From Balanoglossus misakiensis (Eukaryota; Animalia; Hemichordata): a stretch of 64,000 nt of DNA. The stretch is from positions 2,307,908 through 2,371,907 of the forward strand of contig CM082579.2 of assembly GCA_040954595.2 (NCBI GenBank). The letters run 5' to 3'. Positions 54,540 through 64,000 of this stretch are shown piece by piece. A model generated the notes under the pieces. The model worked only from the letters and a program-made list of their open reading frames with translations, did no database searches and had not been told where the DNA came from. Numbering within the stretch: position 1 is the first letter of the stretch; every line of letters begins with the position of its first letter. The position numbers and the translations under genes were made by a program.

Positions 54540-57500
54540 ATTTGACGACTAGTTCGTCTAATAAATAAAACAGAGTAGGTACAACACACGATATAATGAT
54601 TGATGCTTTCTACAACTATACCAAGGCAGCAGATACAGGCGGTGCGCAAGCGCAGACTTCCTCCAATGGCTCATTAATATAAGGGATGGAGAGTTGGACT
54701 GTTTCGTGTATGTGTGCGCTATGAACTTCGAGCAGCACACGGCGGCTATCGCTACCGAATCGCCGTAGCCTTTTCTACTAGAAATGTTCGCTGATCATTT
54801 CCAATATCGGCACAGCTGTACACGAAACACAGCTGCCTGAAATGTAGTGATATAGTCGAGGACGTACGGTACTCAGTGTTCCATTCCAGTCATCTTCCCC
54901 GCTTGCACATTTTTCCGAAGCTGCCTTCCCCCCTGCATAATGAACAGGCAAGCCAAATCTTTGTCCTCTGTTTCAAAATATCGGGGACACTGGAAATTCA
55001 GCTATGCAATAGGCACACCTTGCCCCTCAGTAGGAGTAATACAGACGACAGTACCTCGCCTCACTCCCGCAGCAACAGAAACGCTGTATAACACGAAGTG
55101 GATTAATCTCGGGTGAAAGTGTTTGCTCTTCCGCCGTGTAACTGTACACACTGCCGTAACTGCTCCGTGTAAGGCGCTAGACGCCTCTCCTTATTCTGCC
55201 CAGCTCCAGATGCAATACGTTACATTTCTTCAACTTTCCGCCGCGTGTAAACTGGGGGTCGACGTGTAGAGACGTGAACTGAGATGTTCAGATGACCGAC
55301 GTTGATGCTTTCTGATCTTAGAGACAGACGACGGGGCGACTGCTGTGTGCAAGAAATCCAAGAATCGGCGATCAACGCTGCTCGTGTGCGTTTTGCGTGT
55401 GTGGCGGAGCCGGGTTCTTGTAAACAAGTGAAGTCGACGAGATCGGGTGTATCATCCAACACGAGCCGGCGCTGCTGAATCCGCCCGAACGGTACAGTCC
55501 GGAAGGCGCGCTGTGCTGATGAGCCGAACCCGCCTCCACGCACTGGTTTGACGAATTCCGAACAAGTTGTGTGTAGTAAAAGCTACAGCTATCCGTTCTG
55601 TCGGCAACAGCTGTACACGATATGCAGCCTGTGAAAGCGTGAGATGACTGACAGGCGCGTGCAATTCGTCGAGCAGTCGTCAATCTAACGTCACGTTGTG
55701 GGGGGTCCTGCTCAAAAAAAAAGTACGAAGGAAATCGAAAAGATCGATGATGTCAGCAGTCAGCTAAACTACTAGGTCATACTTCATCGTGTTCGCGTCC
55801 ACGAACGGAGACAAGCCGTCACTTGTGACTGTGGGCCCTGGCTCTGGCTGCACTGAGAGGCGATTCTCGGGTTATAATGACATGGTTAGGGGTCCATCCA
55901 AAGGCGCCCTAGGGTTCCGACTTTAAATTTGCGAGTGATAACAAACGTTATAGTTTTTACCGGTTTGGAGGCTGCGCTACGTCTTTGATCGTTTGGTTCT
56001 TCGATCAACGTGCCATAATTCGAGGCTTCCGAAGGATCGATTCAGATAGGAATCACGTGACCATCCCCCAAGGATAGATGTTGTCGGTGTAATTAATTGT
56101 ATGTGGGTAGTTGCTAATGACAAGCAAGCCGCACCATCGCCAACTAGAAAGTAAGTGTTTATTTTCCGCTGCCGTTAAATTTGTACATTATGTATTTGTC
56201 AGCATCCTGCTATGCTTTGTCCCTCCTGTTGAATATACAAACGTACGGCAACAGATGAAAAGGAAAAAATACGATGTAATCATTGTTAGCTTGGGAACAT
56301 TTTACATTTTCGCTTTGTCGTACTAAATATTTGCACTCGCGATTTAAGCGAAGTGAAAATTTGATTTCCCTAATTGACCCGGCGATTACGTAACCAATTA
56401 ACACATTTTTTCAACATCTGGTGATTTAATAGACTGGTACGGTTTGAACGACCGCAATTTTATCTTCCGGTCAATCGTGCCGCGCTCGCAGACAGCCGTT
56501 GACTGGAGCGCAAATAGTCGACGCGTTCAGCGAGAGTGTTGCTGTCTGCCTCGCTGCTCAGCTCAGAAGAGCGAACATCGATCATGACTCCAACACATCA
56601 CTCAGATCATGTGTAGTTTGGAACTGATTTGAATTCTTCAAAGACAGTTCCGGAACATAAAACCTGACGGCGTTGCCAGTAAATTATCTGGAGTCTAGCA
56701 TTGTACGCCCGGAACATATCGACTTTGGCGTAAAGCAGAATAAAATATACCGCGTTTCCCTCCAAAGAAGCTACGTGCAAACCAGTCAATGCTTTTTTTA
56801 AAGGCAAACATTAACATTTCTGAGTGCGCTTGGCAATAAAATTCTAAAGGCTCTGAAATCTTCCTCGTTTCTGTAATTTGCTGAAAATCGCTAGGAACTA
56901 ATCATTTTTATTCAGGATCGCCTTTGAGGCCCACGTAGCCACTAATACGAGCGGCACTGGACTGAAAAAAAATACATTCCGTCTCAGTCGCAAAGCCATG
57001 GCTGGGCGTAGTCTTCTCTTGGGTGTAGCAAACTGGCAGATGAAAATGGAAATATTCCAAAATTACTTTCTGCGGTCACCGCGGATGACTTGACGCTATC
57101 AATAACCCTGAACACCCTCTGTAGCCCGACCAGTGTCCGCTTGTGACGGGTTTCATTTGGCAGCGAAGTTGATCTGTTGAAATGGTATTTGGATGGTATT
57201 GCTTTCAAGTGAAAAAATCTTTAAAACTGTGAAAAAGAAAATAATCCTTGATGAGGCTCAAAGATTTAATGCCAATGTATCAAAGAGCGGTTAGCGATGG
57301 CAAACCACCACGTAATCATATCAGAAACCAGTGGCTCCGCTCGCCGCAGACAGCGCATAGCGTCCACGCACATAATTATCCCTGCATGAAAAGGCAATAA
57401 TTTAGCCATGTGATCTGCACCGCGGGCCAGAAACTGTTACTGATCCAAATTGGTACCTCTGAAACAATATATTTTTTATCGCGATGGGGGACCCACTTTC

Positions 57501-60173
57501 ACTCTAAACATTTCTCATAGCTTGCGGTTGCTTGCTGCCAACCTTTGCTTGGCACACCTAGAACATCGAACATCTAGCGCGTGTCTCCCGTGACGTCAAA
57601 GAAGCCTCAACGATACGTGGCCCTCGGAGCGGCATTTTTGACCGTGCCCTTTTAAGACTCAAAACGGAAAATATATTCGAAATATAGCATACATAGCCAG
57701 AACTCAAACGAAGGAAACGTGGGCAGATGTATTTGAGTTCAAATGAAGACGATGTAACAGTTGCGTCATTTTTTTTTCGGAAAGGGGGGGGGGGTATAAT
57801 ATACATCATTTACTTCATCACTGTGGCTCATAGTTCCCAATCTGTGATTGCTTGTTCTTAAGAGGGGTTAAGTGGGGGGAAGTTTGCCGAGAACAAGGAG
57901 ACCACTAGTCAATTGAATTCGTCTTTATTTTGCGGAGCATCCTTATGTGTTTTCAAATTAACTACCTCGTTGGGTTATGATTAAGGTTCTTCTGAGTGTA
58001 GCAGGATAACGTGGGCTCATCAATTTCCATTGATGGCCAACGAGATCGGATCATCACTTCGCATTTCCCCCCAGCTTTTTTCACTTAACATTCAGATTAC
58101 TTTTTGACTTGGAATACCAATGCGAACGTTACCACATGACGGTGGGTTCTATCCTAGATTTAAAAAAAACGAGACGAGGCATCCTGGTGATTTTCGTTTT
58201 CATAAACGAAAAAAAAAAGATTTTCGACATTTCCTCGGTCAATACCAATTAATATAAATTAAAAAGACTAGCATCAATTGCACGTGCACTAGATAACGAA
58301 ACTGGCATTACAATGTAGTTTGTTTTGTGAATCACATGTTGCCATAGTTAAAAAGGGATGATCATTGTGCTCATCGCTGCTGCCAGTTATATTTGCTTTC
58401 ACGCTTACAACACTGGATATTTCGCGTGATAATATTTACATTGTCGTCTTCCGCTAGTTTATGCTTTTTGTTCAGTAACTTGGAAGAGAGACAGAGAGAC
58501 AAAGACAGACAGAGAGACAGAGATGAGAGAGAGACAGACAGACAGACAGACAGAGATGAGAGACAGACAGAGAAAGCTCGTTTATCTAACAGCTAGAAAA
58601 TTGGCTGTGTTCTCAACTGAAATTTACGACCTGCTTGGTGTCTTAATCCGCACTCTCTTCACAGTTTTATTTAAAACAAATTACCGAAAATAATGATAAA
58701 GATTCCGAGCACGTTTTATTGAGTGGGAAAGGTTTGGAGTGAGTGGAAAACCTATTTCCAGTCTCTCATGATATTAATCTTTGTTATTTTATATATAAAT
58801 CAGACAACTGTCGGATTTCATTTTCTCTAAAAACATGAATACATTACCCCCGCAACATGATGCACGGCAGATAGGATTTATATCCGAGGAGTCGCTGCTC
58901 ATTTCGCACAAATATAGGGTGCCACGTTTTTCTGTTTGCATTTTCGCACATATGTCATTAATTTGGGAGCCAGAGGTGTAAATGAATTGAAATAAATTAA
59001 AAAAGATGCAAGCTGCTGTTGTTGTGTTATATACCGCGTAGCCGCGGATTCATGCTATGATGATTCGAGATACACTTCAGTATATTACTCTGTTTCACGG
59101 CCCCCTATTCCGATTCCGATTTCTACCTGTTACGTAGGAGAAGTGTGCTGTTGTTTTGTGACCAGGTGTGTTTTTGCATACTTTCGTAATTTGAATATTT
59201 GCGTGACCAGGTGTGGTGCATTCATTATTTTCCACATATAAAAAGTCCGCACGTGGTGTTGCGGCGTAGCTACCAATTTGGACTTGCCCGTGTGAGCTGT
59301 TCTGTTCCTCGCCGGCTTAGAAGCTGTGCCGTATTTCCTGTTGCACTGGTCTGGAAACCGCGCCCAGAAACCGTCTTTTGTTGCGTGCTGCGCTGGTTGG
59401 TTCACCAAAGCGAGCCATTCAGTAAGTCTATTTGCTCACTGCCCTGTTTCGGAACTGAACGGCCAGCGTGCCGTAACAGACCCATAACAACTTGAAGCTT
59501 TTTTATGCTTTTCACGTGTACAAAAACGAGTTTTGTTCAATGGCTACCATTACGGATCTAATATATCGAGAATGCACAAACTGACGCCCCGTCTGTGTGT
59601 CGTCACAGAAACCGAGTCCGCGACCATCACACAGTTACCTATCCCACAATTCCGCGGGAGGGCGACAGCAGCCAGCGTGCCAGGCGGCAACCGACGTTTT
59701 CTAACTCCGTTGTTTTTCGCGGCCGTGGCACATGATACGAGCGCCATGCATGCATCCGTTACCGACTATTTAATTACATGACAGGCAGCCAGACCATCTC
59801 CGAGCAAGCCGGCGGTTCCATTTCTCAAGCGGCGTACACTCGTCTCAATGTCTCGCGGCCTGAACAATTGATTTCCTTCATTCTACCACAGGTAGGACGA
59901 ATGGAACAGCGCAGCGACAGCCCGCGCCCTTCTTAAATATGCAACGCACAGTCCCAGGTTTATTGCACATCGCTGACATGATGAACATGCCACACTCATC
60001 CGTTGAAACCTTCCTGTAACGCAAAGTACACTCTCTGTTTTTTTGTTTCAGCGACAATAATACATAACTGATACGAAAGACACCTCCAACGATTGCTACG
60101 CATTGTGTCGGCTATCCAACGTGGTGACCACAATAATTGAGCACAACTGACGGCTCCATGGTAACGCTGTAAA
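54540..60173. promoter_or_regulatory. Divergent intergenic / 5' regulatory region shared by the two receptor genes
   Basis: Lies between two outward-pointing signal-peptide exons. CpG-rich patches at about 55200-55700 and 59270-59950. Confidence 0.55.
58485..58573. repeat. (GA)/(GACA) compound microsatellite
   Basis: Read directly from the sequence. Confidence 0.9.
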
Positions 60174-60247
60174 ATGGTGCGGCCCAATATTAAGTTCCTG
60201 TGCGTGGCAGTTCTTACTGTCATATTTTTGCAGCTGCTTTGCTTTGG
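60174..60247 (+). CDS. Second Cys-loop receptor subunit, coding exon 1: signal peptide (absent from the ORF track)
   Basis: AAAATGG context. Encodes MVRPNIKFLCVAVLTVIFLQLLCF followed by a phase-2 donor GG/GTAAGT that fits the 61636 exon. Strong acceptor (TTTTTTTGTTTCAG) ends at 60051, so the exon is likely 60052-60247. Confidence 0.78.
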
Positions 60248-61635
60248 GTAAGTAGGATGCTGTTCCGTTTAAGTTCCTCGCTATTACAGGCACACTTTGG
60301 GATTTCTCCTTGTCGGGTTAATTGTGTTTTTATAGGGTAGTTAAAGCGAATAAACACAGCCGAAGCATTTCGGGAAAGTGCACCGGAACCGTCTCGTTAA
60401 CAACTTAGAAGCATAGCATATTTAACCAAATCGCTGTGAAATATTATACTTGTTTGGAAGTAAATGGAACTGGGGGTGCTCGGTGAATTGGCCGGAGAGC
60501 GCAAGAGCGCCGCGCATGAGAAAGGGTCAACCTTCTAGCAACCAAATGTGCGGATGAGATCGGTCGATCCAGGCATGTCCTGCCAATGTCAGTGTGTTTT
60601 TGTAGGTTTGTTCTGTAACAAGGTGCAAGATGGTGCTTCAGCAGGTTTTTAACTGCTCTTGTGTTCTTATCCCTGTCATTGCAAACACAACAACAAGAGC
60701 CAATGTATATTACAAACTACGTGGTGTTGAAAGCTCTGGTGACACATAACATGGATATCAGGTCCCACAAGATAACGTCTTACCCTGGCCCCGGCTCGTC
60801 TGCTACAAACGCTGCAGAAAGCTGCACAAAATCATTATTTACCTCATAGACGTTCCGGTTGTCACTTCATTTGCCTCTTAATTTGATTTATATCGTGCGT
60901 TACCTGGACTAATTGTTAATTACCATGTCCAAGTTTCCCGTCCGGGCCATTAACTTGTTCTGATGTTCTGATAACTGATATGTACCTTGTGACAAAGAGG
61001 CTGTCGTCACCAATGTTGCTATCGCGTCCAATAATCTGGCAACCTATTCTCCTTCCTCGTACAACCATTGTATGTTATTGAAAATTGACAGCTATATCTA
61101 ACGATCTATCAGCTTTTCCCGTGGAAATATGAGCGCTATTACTACAAAGTAAATGATGCTTACACGTCTTGTTTCCAATAAAAAAACTGCCCTCATTCCC
61201 ATGCCCGGGGCTTTATAACTTTTGCCTGCCCCATAAACTATAATTTCCATTTTACAACCTTCTCTTTCTTTCTCGAACGCACGTCTCAAAAGTGGAAAAG
61301 ACCCCGCTATGCAATTACTCCAATGTAGACTTATTTGTAGTTAATAGGCTTTGAGGAAATTGGGAAGGATTGAAGAAAACGGTCACTTTTCAGCCTTGTG
61401 CGGTTATCGCAGCCACATTCAAAAGAACCCTTTCTACGAATGTGACATACATGTCGATCGTATATTTGCTAGAGCCATATTATAAACGAAGTGGTTTTTC
61501 AGGAATTACAACGCGTCAATTTTTGGAAACCTTTCATATATTATCAGGTCACCATCAAGTCATGTTACAGAACGTTTCACTAGAATGTGTGGACAGTGTG
61601 CTTATCTGTACGTCACGGTTATTTTTAATTTGTAG

Positions 61636-61802
61636 AACCAATTTTTACGTGGTGGCAGAGTACGAAAGTTCGGGGGATGGCGATTTTATAACCCTTAACG
61701 TGGACATGGAGCAGGAGCGAGCACGACAAAATCTCTCAAGAACTCTGGATCGCATTGTTAATATTTCAAAGTATGAAAAATCTCTACGTCCGCGTCATGG
61801 AG
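61636..61802 (+). CDS. Second Cys-loop (GABA-A/glycine-type) receptor subunit, coding exon 2; gene continues beyond the window
   Basis: 167 nt, phase 2 in and phase 1 out, like exon 2 of the beta gene. Encodes TNFYVVAEYE...NLSRTLDRIVNISKYEKSLRPRHG(G), matching the family helix-1 and Y(D/E)xxLRP..GG motif. Acceptor TTTGTAG, donor GAG/GTAAGA. Confidence 0.85.
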
Positions 61803-64000
61803 GTAAGATCTGTCTGTATTTATGTATACATTGTATGTCTGTCTGTCTGAATGTCTGTCTGCTTAGACATAGGTATATGCATTGTAGGTTGGTGGGTATG
61901 TTTAATCCACAACATGCTATGACGTCATTTGTATTCAGACCAGGTGATGTAAGGTGGGGGGGGGGGTTGGTGTGTTCACGAAGTTAGTACAGTCCGTCGT
62001 CTTCCTCGGATGCCCTGTATCCATTCCGACGCGCATGCGTGGGTAACTTTATAATGAGTGAATGAGCTGGGCGGGTGACTTCCTTCGCGAAAGGCGCACA
62101 ACAGCCCCGCCCAGAACAGCGATAGCACGTAGCACTAATCTGATTTGGCGATGAAATGGAAATTCAAGGAGAGGACAGGAGAACAGTCGGTCACAAAGCT
62201 AACCTCAAATCATAATAAACTCGGCTAGATTAAACCTCATTACAGATTTAGACTCACTTTGTGTAGCGTCATTTAGCAGTGCGTGGAACCTTCTTCCCGA
62301 CAATTCAGTACGTATTAACCGACGCTGTAGATCATCCTGATAGTCAATATGCGTGAATGAGCGTCGAGTATGAATCAACCAGCGCTAAATCCCGTCAAAG
62401 GCCGTGTCGTGTTCCACCCCCATTCTTTTTTAACGCAACAGTCATTTTGATATTGTGCGCCAGCGTAGAATATGAGATGGAACGCCCCAAAACGACTCGA
62501 TGAATCTCCACTTATAAGTATATGATTTGAAGGCCGCGAACATCTACACGGCAGGAAGTTAAAATAGCAAGCTGAATGGTATTTATCTCGAGCTTTTTGT
62601 ATGGAATCAAGGTCGCGTTGACAATTGAAATAAAAATGAATAGATCTGAAAAGATGGAGCGATACTTAGACGCTGCAAGTGAATGCCACTGACATATTTC
62701 CTACAAAGCAACTGGGGATTTTCGTTCTCCGTGACATCTGTTCGATAGAGCTAATTTACCACAAAGTAATGGTTTCATGGCATCCTGTTTAAAGCCATAC
62801 ACAGGCGAATGAAAAGGCTAAGCTAAAGTGGAATTCAAAGGCCGTGATGATGGAAACAGGCGACGCATGCCACGAGTATCTAACTTCACGGTGATTTTCC
62901 TTTGATTTACGCTATGTACGCACACCTGTGAGGAAAACAATCAAAGAGAACGTATATCAACACGTTCATATAGCACTTGCAAGCAAGCACGAAAACGAAA
63001 ACAACGCTATTTGGAGCGCCTGCTGACAAACTAGTCAGTGTTTCCCCTTTCATACTCTCTGAAATCACCGTCCAATCGGAAATGCAGAAATCATGTACTC
63101 TTAGCACTTAGCAACATGGCATCAAAACAGGCTCCGCCAGTAATCATTATCAGTCAAGGTAAACAAATTACCTGGTCAAAGATACAAGGTAAAAACGACA
63201 TTTACAATATGACCATCTTGAACCTCTGCCGAATACGGTGTGATGGTACCAGGTTTCTGGTAATGCATAAACGCTCCATGTTACCATTATTTCACAGCCA
63301 TAAAATTGACTCAAAGTGACAGCACTAGCCTAATTGTATTAATGGTAAACTTATTCTTCTACCATTTTTTTCTATAATTAAAAAAGTAACAATACAACCA
63401 GGGTACTATAATATCCTGGTTTGTTATTTTTTGCGTTATTGATAATTTGATTAGACATGTCGGATGTGTGAGGATGGTACCCATCACAAATCTGACACAA
63501 TATTTTACCTCTGTACAAAATTTCATGCAAAACCGACAGATGAAAACGCCAGATTCCTCTTGTGGAGACCGTCTTCGTGTTTCGTCGACAAAAGCCATGG
63601 ATACCGAGGACAGAATTTGCCAGCCAATATCAGGTGCGGCAGATGTAATTACTGCAATTTTGCTTCATTGCCTTCCACTGTTTTCAAACATTGACATTGT
63701 ATCACACTCTCGTCGGTAGGCCTTTGAGCGAAATTCAATAGAACCTCTCGCATAAAAGGGAATTGATGGCTGGAAAAACGCTGATCGATTCGTATGTATT
63801 GATCATGAATCGCCAGCGCGCGAAGCTTACAAAGAAAAGTGCGGTTTCCGACAAATATATCGGAGATCACACATTCATATATGACAGGCTTTTTTCGTTT
63901 GTCAACGCTGGTCTGTGTTGACTTAAAATTTCAGTGAGCGCGAAAATGGAGGGGGGGGGGGGTTGTTCCGCCGGTGTTTGTTCGGAGTGGGATGTACACA

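Noticed and set aside
61636-61802. An inverted or trans-spliced exon 2 of the minus-strand beta gene
   Set aside because: Its phases would fit, but the beta gene has its own exons 1 and 2 at 54475-54539 and 54201-54319, and this exon has its own signal-peptide exon at 60174. Two divergent genes is the simpler reading.
61370-61987. The 205-aa ORF as a single-exon protein
   Set aside because: Only 61636-61802 is receptor-like and it is bounded by splice sites; the rest is intronic read-through.

Overview
Metazoan genomic DNA, probably a marine invertebrate (inferred from composition and repeats; species cannot be determined). Most short ORFs in the supplied track are spurious. From left to right: (1) 1-2949, a tandem array of 355-547 bp units, each carrying three palindromes at a 27-bp period; (2) 5103-6098, a single-exon 331-aa ORF with six RRxS motifs and a charged coiled coil, family not recognised; (3) about 7950-12400, a candidate spliced small-ORF or lncRNA gene behind a YY1-type promoter; (4) a gene-poor stretch with dispersed-repeat and foldback remnants; (5) 32075-54539, a complete minus-strand GABA-A receptor beta-like (LCCH3/GABRB-type) gene with 9 coding exons (1446 nt, 481 aa), reconstructed by hand with consistent GT-AG sites and phases; (6) from 60174, the first two coding exons of a second Cys-loop receptor subunit on the plus strand, head-to-head with the beta gene (ATG to ATG about 5.6 kb) and running off the window. 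No rRNA, tRNA, CRISPR or autonomous transposon was found. I found no clearly novel system; the best leads are the divergent receptor pair, the palindrome satellite and the orphan RRxS protein.
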